Positions 19,546 through 28,468 of a DNA stretch of 46,820 bases are shown here, piece by piece. The notes beneath the pieces were generated by a model. The model made no database searches, was not told where the DNA came from, and was given only the letters and a program-made list of their open reading frames with translations. The translations under genes and the position numbers were made by a program. Position 1 is the first letter of the stretch, and the number at the start of each line of letters is the position of its first letter. Where the stretch lies: positions 1 through 46,820 of the forward strand of contig PAFB01000123.1 of assembly GCA_002700865.1 (NCBI GenBank), read 5' to 3'. The stretch is from Rhodospirillaceae bacterium (lineage in GTDB: Bacteria; Pseudomonadota; Alphaproteobacteria; UBA7985).

Positions 19546-20664
19546 CTAGGATGTTGCGCGCGTTACCCAAGACTGCAGGGAGACAAACCGGCACCCCTGC
19601 GCCTTCAAGCCATCAATCACGTCAGGCAAGGCGTCAACCGAACGCTGGTGAATCGAATGCAGCAGCACAATGTCCCCCGGCGCGCTCTGCTCCAGCACAT
19701 GTTCGGTGATGCCCCGCGCCGTGTCGATCTTCCAGTCCAGGCTGTCGTTGGTCCAGTTGATGACGTCCATGCCGTGGCTGGTCGCGGTCGCCAGAATGCC
19801 TGAGTTATAATTGCCAAAGGGCGGGCGGAAGAATTTTGGCGTAATCCCAATGCCGTTGAGCGCTGCTACACCCTTACGAAAGTCCTCACGCACCGTAGCA
19901 AGGCTTTCAGCGCGCAGGTTCTTGTGGTCCCAGGAGTGGTAGCCGACTTCGTGACCCCGGGTAATGGCAGCTTTGGCGGTGTTCGGGTTCTTTTGGACTT
20001 TGCTGCCCACAAAGAAAAACACAGCCTTCACGCCCTTTTCATCAAGGATGTCGTAGATCTGCGCGTCACGGGTGTGATGCGGGCCGTCATCAAAGGTCAT
20101 TACACAAGGGTAGGATCCGCCGGCATTTTTCATCCCGGCGGGGCCTTTGGTAAAGCTCAGCCCCGGCGCGACATAGGTGTCAAACCCACCGGGGACCGAG
20201 CGGCTTGACTGGATGCTCGTTGGGTCGAGCGGCGCGACAGGGGCGGTTGGCTGCGGCACGGCTGCGGTCGCTGGCACAATGGTTCGTGAGATCACCCGGC
20301 CATAGGGGCTTTGTGGACCGCCACTTGCGGCCAAAGCTGCGGCGGCGGCCTGGGCTTCGGCAAGCTGCAAAGCGCGGCGCTGGGCGAGGTATTGGTTGAG
20401 CTGCGACTGGGTCATCATGAAGATGCCCTGATCAGTCTGGATGGTGAACTTGTCTTCGTTTGGGGCGGCGGACTGATCGAGCGCGCTTTGGTCAAGCGAC
20501 TCCGCTCCCCCTTGCATCAGCACTCGTTCACCCGTGTCAGAAAACAGCTCAGCAACAGCCTTGTCCGCGGCTTCAGGGGCAACAACACCCCCGCCGACCG
20601 AGGCCGCACAGCCCGTCAGCAGCAGTGACAGGAAAATACCCGATGCCGCGAGACAAAAACGCAT
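19546..20664 (-). CDS. Polysaccharide deacetylase (NodB-homology domain) lipoprotein
   Basis: Lipobox LLLTGC at the N-terminus, then a long Ala/Gln-rich linker. NodB motifs follow: TFDDGP, HEVGYHSWDH, RPPFG, LLH. Confidence 0.8.
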   Translation of the reverse strand: MRFCLAASGIFLSLLLTGCAASVGGGVVAPEAADKAVAELFSDTGERVLMQGGAESLDQSALDQSAAPNEDKFTIQTDQGIFMMTQSQLNQYLAQRRALQLAEAQAAAAALAASGGPQSPYGRVISRTIVPATAAVPQPTAPVAPLDPTSIQSSRSVPGGFDTYVAPGLSFTKGPAGMKNAGGSYPCVMTFDDGPHHTRDAQIYDILDEKGVKAVFFFVGSKVQKNPNTAKAAITRGHEVGYHSWDHKNLRAESLATVREDFRKGVAALNGIGITPKFFRPPFGNYNSGILATATSHGMDVINWTNDSLDWKIDTARGITEHVLEQSAPGDIVLLHSIHQRSVDALPDVIDGLKAQGCRFVSLQSWVTRATS

Positions 20665-20699
20665 AAACGATTAATCCTCAAAATATTACGTCTGCAGAA

Positions 20700-20713
20700 C
20701 CACGAATTCGTGG
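20700..20713. repeat. Perfect 14-bp palindrome CCACGAATTCGTGG between the DUF349-like stop and the deacetylase start
   Basis: Read directly. Function unknown (operator or weak hairpin). Confidence 0.3.
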
Positions 20714-20754
20714 CGAAAACAATATCAATCACTAAAAAGCGGGGTTTTTCGGAT

Positions 20755-22704
20755 TTATGCGGCGTAATCAGTCGCTTGGGCGGGACCCTCAACTTTGGGA
20801 GGCTCGCTGCCTGCTTTGGATTTCGCATTTGAGAGCTTTTTAAGCTTGCGTTGGATGTCGGACAGGTCCTTTTGCAGGCTTTCCAACCGACGCTCCTTAC
20901 GCCGAAGCTCTTTCTCAAACTTGGCGTCGCTCTGGTTCTCCAGAACCAGGCGACCCATGCGGATTTCATCTTCGATGGTGTAGGCCAGTTCGCGTTTGCG
21001 GGTGAAGGATTCCGCCAACCGCGCGCCAAAATCGTCGCGCTCGGCGGCGGAAGCTTCGTCACGCAGTTTACGGATGCCGGTTCGTACATCCTGAAATTCA
21101 GCCCAAAGCGCCTGGTCGGTATCACGACCAGCGCTGCCCGCTTGCTTCCAGTCCGCCATGACCTGATCAACATGCGTGTCGAGTTCTTTGACCGTTGCGC
21201 CAACCGGTGGGTGGCTCAAGCGGTCGAGCAGCGCGCGTTTGCGGAAACTGTTGCTTTCGCGGCTTTCATCCAAGGTCTCAAAAAACGCCTTTCGGGCCTC
21301 GTTCAGAGCCTTTCGCGCCGTGCGCAGGTCTGCGCTAATGCGGCTGCTTTCTTCCGCGCCAAGCCGTCCTAATCCTTTGAGCTGATTCATGGCCGCTTCC
21401 GCGCCCTCCATACCCGCCTTGGCAGCATCTTCGATCCCGCGCCATTCTTTCATGGTGGCAATTTCGGCGGGTAGCTGGGCGGCTTTGGCCAGCGACTGGC
21501 GCGCACTGTCTGTGAGCGACACGACCAGCGCTTGGCGGCGTTCAATCTCGCGATCGGCGCGCCAGTGCAAATCATCAACCCGGCGCCGCAGCTTGTCGGT
21601 CAGGTCGCGGTGCGCACCATCGGCGCGTCGCTCCAAAGCGCTCACGGACTTGGACAGCCCGCGCAGTGACCGCCCATCGGTGAGGGCTGCGCCATCTTCG
21701 GCCAGCCCGTCGCAAGTCGCCTCCAGCGTGCGTGCTTCCTGTTCCAGCGCCGTCCTCAGTGTCTGCGTTTCGCTTGCCAGCGCATAGATATCTCGTTCGA
21801 TTGCTGCTGACATTTGCTGGAATTTCTGGTTCATAGCCTCATCATCCGCGCCACCCGCCTTCAGCCACGCGGCCTGCAGTCCCGCTAACTGAGCCGCCAT
21901 ATTCGTGCGGTCCGGGCTGGCCATCAGGTCAACCAGTTCGTTGAGGACTGATTGCCGTTCGGCGATGAACACTTCCGGGTGATCTTCCGCCATTCGGGCG
22001 CGCTTGAGCACGGTTTCCCTTGCGGCGGCGTAGCGTCTTTCCAGAACAGTGTCGTGAACAGCACCCGCTGACCCGGATTGCGTCCATTCTTCGCCAAGCT
22101 GTTCGATTTGTGTGGACAGGCCGCTGGGTGCTGCGGTGCTGAGGGCTTCAAGGCGGGTGATGATGCCGCGTTTCAGGTCCCACTGCGCCTGTGTACGGGT
22201 TTCCAGGGCAGCAACCAGCGCGGCAAACCCGCTTTCCAGCGCCTCCAAATCGCCCAGTCCGGGCGCATCTCTCAGGTCGGATCTCAGTTGGGCGACGTGC
22301 GGCTCCACGTCAGCGACGGAGGCCTGAGGGTCCGCGATTTGTCCCTGCAGTGTCGCCAGCGTGCCTGCGCGCGTCTGGTACAAAGCGCGCGCCTCCGCCA
22401 AGGCGCCAGCCTTGGAGCCTTTCGACCCCCGCGCAACCACCCGCCCGCCGTCGGCGAGCCTGACATTCCCGGCTTTGTCGACGTAGGCCAGTTCCTGTTC
22501 CCGGGCAGCAGATGAAACGGCTTTTTTGCTGGAGGACTTCACGGGCGCTTTGGCAGATGCCTGCGCCGCGCGGCGGCGTTTCTCGCGGCGGCGCTGGTCG
22601 GCGCGGTCTTCGGCGGCGTGTGGGTTCTGACGCGGTGCCCAAAACCACCGAAAAACACCAACGATAGAGGATAAAATCCCCTTTTTTTGATCACGCGACT
22701 TCAC
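20755..22704 (-). CDS. DUF349-like helical-repeat protein with basic N-terminus
   Basis: A Trp-centred helical unit recurs: QAQWDLK, EEWTQSGSAG, LQAAWLKAGGAD..NQKFQ, MKEWRGIED, MADWKQAGSAGRDTDQALWAEFQ. This resembles DUF349 repeats. The N-terminal ~90 aa is Lys/Arg-rich after a short hydrophobic patch. Confidence 0.55.
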   Translation of the reverse strand: MKSRDQKKGILSSIVGVFRWFWAPRQNPHAAEDRADQRRREKRRRAAQASAKAPVKSSSKKAVSSAAREQELAYVDKAGNVRLADGGRVVARGSKGSKAGALAEARALYQTRAGTLATLQGQIADPQASVADVEPHVAQLRSDLRDAPGLGDLEALESGFAALVAALETRTQAQWDLKRGIITRLEALSTAAPSGLSTQIEQLGEEWTQSGSAGAVHDTVLERRYAAARETVLKRARMAEDHPEVFIAERQSVLNELVDLMASPDRTNMAAQLAGLQAAWLKAGGADDEAMNQKFQQMSAAIERDIYALASETQTLRTALEQEARTLEATCDGLAEDGAALTDGRSLRGLSKSVSALERRADGAHRDLTDKLRRRVDDLHWRADREIERRQALVVSLTDSARQSLAKAAQLPAEIATMKEWRGIEDAAKAGMEGAEAAMNQLKGLGRLGAEESSRISADLRTARKALNEARKAFFETLDESRESNSFRKRALLDRLSHPPVGATVKELDTHVDQVMADWKQAGSAGRDTDQALWAEFQDVRTGIRKLRDEASAAERDDFGARLAESFTRKRELAYTIEDEIRMGRLVLENQSDAKFEKELRRKERRLESLQKDLSDIQRKLKKLSNAKSKAGSEPPKVEGPAQATDYAA

Positions 22705-22870
22705 GATGAGTCTTTTCCCGGTCCAATGTTTGCACGAACATAGTTTGATCTTTATCTATATTTATACGACATTACGAGAACCGGTGCGTGGAAAAAACAC
22801 GCTAGGTTCTGATATTCTCGATAGGTCATAAACAATGCGTCACCCCTTCTCTGCTCTCCGAGGTTAGACC

Positions 22871-23944
22871 TTGGCAGCTGCGATATGTGCCGCAGCGACA
22901 GTCGAAGCCGGTGCACAAACAGCCAACAGCGGACTCACGATTGCCACCTGGGGCGGATTCTATCAGACTGCCCAGACCCAAGTCCTCGCCGAGCCCTTTG
23001 CCCTGCAAACCGGGCGCACGGTTGACGTCGTTACCTACACCGGCCACCCGAACGAAGCGCGCCAGCGTGTCGAAGCGGCGCGCAGCACCGGTCAGAGCGT
23101 GGGCTGGGATGTTTTGGATTTGGAGCGTGCGGACGCCGAAGAGTTGTGTTTTCAAGGCTATCTGGAACCGCTGGAGCTGGCGCGGGCTGGCATCGATGAC
23201 GTCGAGAGTGATTTTGTGCAAGGGGCCGTCGGCCTGTGCTGGATCGGCAACGTCGTCTGGTCACAGAGCTTTGGCTTCGACCGCCGGTTATTCAACAGCG
23301 CTGAGCCCTTTGCGCTCGCTGACGCCTTTGACCCCTTATTGTTCCCGGGTCGCCGCTTGCTGACCCATTCCGGGCAAGTCGCCATGGAACTCGCTCTGCT
23401 TGCGGATGGAATGGCGCCCGAACGGGTCTACTCGGCCTTGGCAACGGATCAGGGCGTGCAGGATGCTTTGGCCGTGCTGGACCGGGTTAGAGGTGACGTG
23501 CAGTTTGTCAAAGCGACCTCGGATGTCTTCAGGTTGCTTGAGTCCGGGCGGGGAGCGGTTGGATTGATTTACCACTTCGACGCCCTGCGCCATGCGCGCG
23601 CGGCGCAACCGGTGATCGGGTACATGTGGGACAGCCACGTCATCGACCTCGACGTATTCGCCATTCCGGACGGCGCAGCAAACCCGCAATTGGCCATGGA
23701 CTTCATTGCCAATGTTTCGCGCGGCGCTTACCAGTCGGCGATGGCCACAGTCACGGGCTATGGCCCCGCAAGGCTGTCAGCGGCGCGGGCAGCGCGGCAG
23801 GATTTGCGGGCTTGGTTACCGACCTCACCGACGCATCTGCCCTTTGGCCTGCTGTTCCGTGGTGATTTCTGGGACACGGCCGAGGGCGAGGCCGCGCAGG
23901 CGGCCTACGACGCGTGGCGAGGGTCCATCACTGGCGCGCTATAG
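22871..23944 (+). CDS. ABC transporter periplasmic substrate-binding protein (PotD/PotF-like, family 1), orphan
   Basis: TIATWGGFYQ..VL..F...G..V motif near the N-terminus and an overall PotD-like length. The TTG start at 22871 has GAGG 7 nt upstream. An in-frame ATG at 22835 is separated from it by TAG at 22865-22867. No permease or ATPase gene is adjacent. Confidence 0.7.
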   Translation: MAAAICAAATVEAGAQTANSGLTIATWGGFYQTAQTQVLAEPFALQTGRTVDVVTYTGHPNEARQRVEAARSTGQSVGWDVLDLERADAEELCFQGYLEPLELARAGIDDVESDFVQGAVGLCWIGNVVWSQSFGFDRRLFNSAEPFALADAFDPLLFPGRRLLTHSGQVAMELALLADGMAPERVYSALATDQGVQDALAVLDRVRGDVQFVKATSDVFRLLESGRGAVGLIYHFDALRHARAAQPVIGYMWDSHVIDLDVFAIPDGAANPQLAMDFIANVSRGAYQSAMATVTGYGPARLSAARAARQDLRAWLPTSPTHLPFGLLFRGDFWDTAEGEAAQAAYDAWRGSITGAL

Positions 23945-23977
23945 CCCAGATTAGACTGCATCTTTGGGGGTCTGTCG

Positions 23978-25072
23978 CTAACCCTCGCTGATGGCGAGCA
24001 GATACAGCACCAGACCGGCCAGTAGCAGCCCCAGCACGACCAGAACCGCAACCTTCCAAACCGACGTTGGCCGCTCCCCCTGAACTTCGCCAGTGCGTGC
24101 GTTAACGACGAAGCGGTAAACGCGATCATTCCATCGGAAGGCTGACAGGTAGGTTGGCAGCAGAACGTGCTTGAAGGTGGTATCGTCATAGCGTGTGTCC
24201 AGCCGGGTAATCCGCTGTCGGTCACCACCAATCGACCGCCTCACGTCGCGCTCGATTGCCGTCTGCATGATCTGTTTCGCTTCGACAAAGCCGTCGGTCA
24301 ACGGCACTTGATAGGCTTCGGAAATATAGCCGGCCAGATACTCATCGGCGTAGGGCCTTTGGTTTTCCAAGTCCCACGGCGTCAACCGTGACAGGTGCTG
24401 GCGCGGCAGTGAATTCGAGGAGGGGACCAGAACATCGTCAAACAACCGCGTCACCCGCCCACTTTTCGGCGTCCAGCGCACACGGGTTTCCGTGCGCCGG
24501 TTTTCCCCACTGCCGACGGTCACCGTGTAGGTGTCCCCCCGAAAACCCTGATACCGGGTGGCGGTATCCGCGTCGAAGGTCCAATGGGGCAGGTAGACGC
24601 CCTTGAACTGGTCATCAGCGGTGGTGTGGCGGCGCATGGCTTCAGGGGCAAGCCAAGAGCGCTTTAGCCAGCGTTTGGTCGCTGTCCGAGCCTCTTTGGC
24701 GGTTAACTTGAAGGGAAGCAGGGCATCGGGTGACAGTCGCCTGACCTGAACCGGATCAACCACAACTGGCACGGCACAAAACGGGCAGCGCCCGGCGGTC
24801 TCGTTTTTAGCCAGCGTGAACTCAGCCGCGCAACTGTCACATTTTACAGCTGCGACGTGCTCAACCGCGTGGCTGTTTTCCAAGTCACGCAAAGCGCTGT
24901 CGAGGTCGTTTTCAACCACCTCGATTTGTGTAATCTCAATCGGGTTTTCGTGACCACAATAGTCGCAAGCAAGCACCTCCATTCCCGGCTTGTAGGCCAG
25001 AAGCGCGCCGCAGTTCTCGCAAGGGTAATCCTTGCGGTCGAGGGTGGTGCCGTCCTGGGTGTCGGTATCCAT
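23978..25072 (-). CDS. Double zinc-ribbon protein with C-terminal TM anchor (YdjG-like?), function unknown
   Basis: Two CxxC..CxxC ribbons (CENCG..CDYCG and CDSCA..CPFCA), a ~230-aa soluble region (..GVYLPHWTFD..), and a terminal helix VAVLVVLGLLLAGLVLYLLAI. Confidence 0.7.
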   Translation of the reverse strand: MDTDTQDGTTLDRKDYPCENCGALLAYKPGMEVLACDYCGHENPIEITQIEVVENDLDSALRDLENSHAVEHVAAVKCDSCAAEFTLAKNETAGRCPFCAVPVVVDPVQVRRLSPDALLPFKLTAKEARTATKRWLKRSWLAPEAMRRHTTADDQFKGVYLPHWTFDADTATRYQGFRGDTYTVTVGSGENRRTETRVRWTPKSGRVTRLFDDVLVPSSNSLPRQHLSRLTPWDLENQRPYADEYLAGYISEAYQVPLTDGFVEAKQIMQTAIERDVRRSIGGDRQRITRLDTRYDDTTFKHVLLPTYLSAFRWNDRVYRFVVNARTGEVQGERPTSVWKVAVLVVLGLLLAGLVLYLLAISEG

Positions 25073-25147
25073 AAGAATGTCCCCGTTTATTCTGATGGTC
25101 TTGGATTACAGTCAGGCCCAACCGCAATGGCCGGTCCTCCATCGCTG

Positions 25148-25171
25148 AAAAAGGGGGCCCTTGCCCCCTTT
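25148..25171 (-). terminator. Intrinsic terminator after the SPFH-GYF gene
   Basis: The minus-strand RNA reads AAAGGGGGC-AAGG-GCCCCC-UUUUU, a GC stem plus U-tract, 10 nt after the stop at 25181. Confidence 0.65.
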
Positions 25172-25180
25172 AACCTGATC

Positions 25181-26302
25181 CTACCCCAAGAGCGGTGGCG
25201 GGCTTTTGGGAACCGGTGGCGGTGCCACACTGAACAGCCGCGCAATCGCGGGCACGTCTGCCGCCCGCGTCCACGCCGCCATCCCTGCGGACCAGACCAG
25301 AGCGTCTGGGTGCAGGCGTCCCGCGGCGACTTCGTCGTGCAAGGCGTGCCCCTGAAACGGCCCGGTTTGCGCGCCATTCACGGCAATGAAGTAAGATGGT
25401 TCGGAAGGCAGCGGCGGCGGCGGTGCTGCGGCTGCTGGGGATGCGGCACCGTTCGGTGAGAAGGCCGCGGCCATCTGTTGTGCCATGGCCAGACCCATTC
25501 CCATCCCCGCACCGGTTGCTGCAGCGCCGCCTGCTTCACCTTCAGCAGTCAATGATTCAGCCGCCTGATACTGCATGAACTTGTTCAAGTCCCCGATCAC
25601 CCCCATCGAGGAACGCTTATCCAGCGCTTCTTCGACATTGGGCGGGAGGGAGATGTTTTCGATCAGCAATTTTTTCAGATCCAACCCATAGGCGGCGAAA
25701 TCTGGCCCCACGAGGTTGGTCAGAAAGTCCCCCAATTCCATGTAGTTTGCGGCGAGGTCCAGCGCAGGAATCTTTGCCTTCCCTAAGCCGACCGCGACCC
25801 GGCTGACAATGAGATTGCGGAGCTGGTTGCTGACTTCATCAACCGAAAAACGGCCATCGGTTCCCACCACTTCGCGCAGAAATTCCACCGGGTCGGAAAC
25901 CCGGATTTCATAGGTGCCAAAGGCCCGCAAGCGGACAGGTCCAAACTCGGCATCGCGCAGCATGATCGGATTTTTCGTACCCCATTTGAGGTCGGAAAAC
26001 CGCTTGGTGTTGACGAAGTAAATCTCACATTTGAAAGGGCTGTTAAACCCGTATTTCCAAGCTTGAAGCGTGCTCAAAATTGGCAGGTTTGCTGTTTCCA
26101 ACTGCCACAGGCCCGGATCAAACACGTCGGCAACTTCGCCTTCGTTGACCATCACGGCCACCTGACCTTCGCGCACCGTCAGCATGGCACCATACTTGAT
26201 TTCATTGCCCTGCCGCTCGAACCGGTAGACCATGGTGTCGCTTGTGTCGTCCGTCCATTCAATGACGTCGATAAACTGACCGCCAAAAATTCCGAATGCC
26301 AT
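25181..26302 (-). CDS. SPFH/band-7 family protein (COG4260, YdjI / virion-core-protein-like) with a C-terminal GYF_2-like domain
   Basis: The N-terminus MAFGIFGGQFIDVIEW..VYRF....I..G..L.V.EGQ.AV is characteristic of the COG4260 SPFH group. An Ala/Gly/Pro linker follows. The C-terminus YFIAVNGAQTGPF..L......G.L.PDALVWSAGMAAWTRA..VP matches the GYF_2 pattern. GAGGAG RBS upstream. Confidence 0.8.
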   Translation of the reverse strand: MAFGIFGGQFIDVIEWTDDTSDTMVYRFERQGNEIKYGAMLTVREGQVAVMVNEGEVADVFDPGLWQLETANLPILSTLQAWKYGFNSPFKCEIYFVNTKRFSDLKWGTKNPIMLRDAEFGPVRLRAFGTYEIRVSDPVEFLREVVGTDGRFSVDEVSNQLRNLIVSRVAVGLGKAKIPALDLAANYMELGDFLTNLVGPDFAAYGLDLKKLLIENISLPPNVEEALDKRSSMGVIGDLNKFMQYQAAESLTAEGEAGGAAATGAGMGMGLAMAQQMAAAFSPNGAASPAAAAPPPPLPSEPSYFIAVNGAQTGPFQGHALHDEVAAGRLHPDALVWSAGMAAWTRAADVPAIARLFSVAPPPVPKSPPPLLG

Positions 26303-26355
26303 GGTTGGCGTTCTCCTCGTTTTTCTCTGCGATTGCCGCCGGCGTTGCGGGCGGC

Positions 26356-27525
26356 TTAGTTGGCGTCCACGGCTGACTGACCGGCTTCCAGCGCGGCGGC
26401 CGAGGCGGATTTCAAGACGGCTTTGAGGTCGTTTTCCATGGATTGCATGGCAACAACGGCCTCGGCGCGCTTTTTCTTGGCCTCATCGGCGATGGCCAGT
26501 GAGTCATTGATGGCACCGATCAGACTGTCATTAGCCTCCTGAACGGTTTCAATGTCAAAGACCCCCCGCTCGATCTGCTCGCGCACCTGAGCGTTTACAG
26601 CCTGCAGATTGTCAGCGTTGGCTTTCAGCAAGTCGTTGGTCAGGTCCTGCGCGGCTTCGACCGCCTGACCGGTCTTGGCCATATTGTGGATCGCGATAGC
26701 CTGGGCCAGCTGTTGCTGCCAAAGGGGCTTTGTGTTGACGACAATCGAGTTGATCTTGTTGACCAGCGCCTTGTCGTTTTCCTGCACGAGGCGGATCGAA
26801 GGCAGGGATTGCATGGTTACCTGCCGCGTCAGTTGCAGATCGTGAACCCGCCGTTCCAGATCATCGCGCGCTGAACGCAGGTCCCGAACGGCCTGCGCGT
26901 CCAGCATCTCACCCGTTTCTTCGGCTTTGGCCGCCAGAGCAGGGATCTCCTGCTCATCAAGCATCTTCAGCTTTTGCTCACCAGCGTCGATCCACAGCTC
27001 CAGATCGTGGAAATAATCGAGGTTGGCGTCATAGAGCTTATCGAGCTTTTCGATGTCAGTCAGCATGACAACTTTTTGCTTTTCGAGGTCGATTTCGATC
27101 TGGTCAACCTGACCTTGGACGGTATCGAACTTCGATTTGAACCGCACCAGATTGTCCTGCCCCATGCCAAACAGGCGCATGAAGAAATTTGGCTTCCGGT
27201 TCGGGTCCAGTGAGCGGGCGTCAAAGCCCTTGAGCGCTGAAACCATGTTGGTGAGTGCGTCGCCCGCCGGGCCAACATCCTTGTTCCGCATCCCTTCAAG
27301 CATGGTCGAGGAGACTTCCGTCAATTCCTGCTGTGCTTTTGAGCCAAAAAAGATGATTGAATTGGTGTCGGACATGTCCAGCTCAGACATGTATTTGTTG
27401 ACCATGGCTTGATTGGTCGGGTCGTCAAGATCGACCGGCACCAGCGCGGTGTCAGTTACTGCACCGTCGTTGGCAACATCGGGGAAAATGACTTCTGCAA
27501 CGGCGGTTTTGGTTTCTGTAGCCAT
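26356..27525 (-). CDS. telA: TelA-family toxic anion (tellurite) resistance protein
   Basis: ..YM..LD..DTNSIIFFGSKAQQEL...S..ML followed by a long helical body, typical of TelA/YaaN/YceH. I place the start at ATG 27525 (MATETKT..). The track's extension to 27684 overlaps the upstream gene and is low-complexity. Confidence 0.85.
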   Translation of the reverse strand: MATETKTAVAEVIFPDVANDGAVTDTALVPVDLDDPTNQAMVNKYMSELDMSDTNSIIFFGSKAQQELTEVSSTMLEGMRNKDVGPAGDALTNMVSALKGFDARSLDPNRKPNFFMRLFGMGQDNLVRFKSKFDTVQGQVDQIEIDLEKQKVVMLTDIEKLDKLYDANLDYFHDLELWIDAGEQKLKMLDEQEIPALAAKAEETGEMLDAQAVRDLRSARDDLERRVHDLQLTRQVTMQSLPSIRLVQENDKALVNKINSIVVNTKPLWQQQLAQAIAIHNMAKTGQAVEAAQDLTNDLLKANADNLQAVNAQVREQIERGVFDIETVQEANDSLIGAINDSLAIADEAKKKRAEAVVAMQSMENDLKAVLKSASAAALEAGQSAVDAN

Positions 27526-27568
27526 GGGAGGAATTCCTTCTTCGATCAGTTCAGGAGGCAGTGGCCGT

Positions 27569-28465
27569 TTACAGGCCTTCCCGCTCCATTTGTTTGCGTA
27601 GGACGTCGAGTTGGACTTCGAGGTCGATTGAGTCCTCGGCGTCCAATCGTTGTTTTTGCTCGTCGAATGCTTTTTCAATGACATCGAGCGTGGCGTTGAA
27701 ATCAGCGCGATGGGCTTCGGCCCTGCCCGTGGCTTCTGCAGTGGCGAATTGCTGCACCGACGATGCCGCCCGTTCGAGATACGTGGCCATGAAGCGCCGG
27801 GCGCGGCGAATATCGCCGGGGTCTTCCAGTATCCCTTCCAACACGCCTTCGGCGTGGTCGGCGATGCGGCTTACTTGCGCTTGATCCCGTGAGGAGGCCA
27901 GCTGCGCGCCACTGGCCCGCATTTGCTTGACCAGACCGTGGGCCTGAGCGAGCTGCTTGCGCAGATCGCCTCTGTCAATCCCAGCGACCTTGTCGTTCAA
28001 ACCGCCACCGGCCATTGCTGCCCCGGTTGCCGTGAACAGTGCCAGCCAAAGGGCCACTCCTGCCAGAACAGCAACCCCAACCGCCTGTGCGATGCCCGCA
28101 GGCCCCGCAAGACAAGCGAGAAACAGCGCCGCCACTAGCGCGCCTGTACCCAATATCAGCAGGGGGAGGGGGCTGTTCAAAGCCGCTTCGACACCGCCTG
28201 AATGCCGAATTTTCAGCCCCCGGCGCACCAGACTGATACCGGCAAGCTGCAGGGCGATCGCGCCGAGCAGCGCGACGGCCGCATCAATATCCGCGCTTAT
28301 CGTCTCAACGATCAACGCCAGGATCATGGGGGGCAGCGGTAAAGCAATCAGCCAGCGCGTGACGCCGGGGCGCAGACGGGTCGATTTCTCGATCTGGTTC
28401 TCAGATGAAGCCGCGTACGCGCCAGCCTGCATCGATTTCGATGATACTCGTTTTCCCTGCGACAT
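27569..28465 (-). CDS. XpaC-like (5-bromo-4-chloroindolyl phosphate hydrolysis protein family, PF10112-like) membrane protein
   Basis: About 4 N-terminal TM helices. The cytoplasmic helical region contains ILEDPGDIRRARRFMATYLERA..SV..F, which resembles the XpaC family signature. Adjacency to telA matches the xpaC-yaaN pairing known in Bacillus. Confidence 0.55.
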   Translation of the reverse strand: MSQGKRVSSKSMQAGAYAASSENQIEKSTRLRPGVTRWLIALPLPPMILALIVETISADIDAAVALLGAIALQLAGISLVRRGLKIRHSGGVEAALNSPLPLLILGTGALVAALFLACLAGPAGIAQAVGVAVLAGVALWLALFTATGAAMAGGGLNDKVAGIDRGDLRKQLAQAHGLVKQMRASGAQLASSRDQAQVSRIADHAEGVLEGILEDPGDIRRARRFMATYLERAASSVQQFATAEATGRAEAHRADFNATLDVIEKAFDEQKQRLDAEDSIDLEVQLDVLRKQMEREGL

Positions 28466-28468
28466 GGC

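Noticed and set aside
27526-27684. N-terminal extension of TelA in the ORF track (MSLKKHSTSKNN...)
   Set aside because: It overlaps the 3' end of the XpaC-like gene and is low-complexity. The conserved TelA sequence begins after the internal ATG at 27525, which has an upstream purine-rich RBS-like element.
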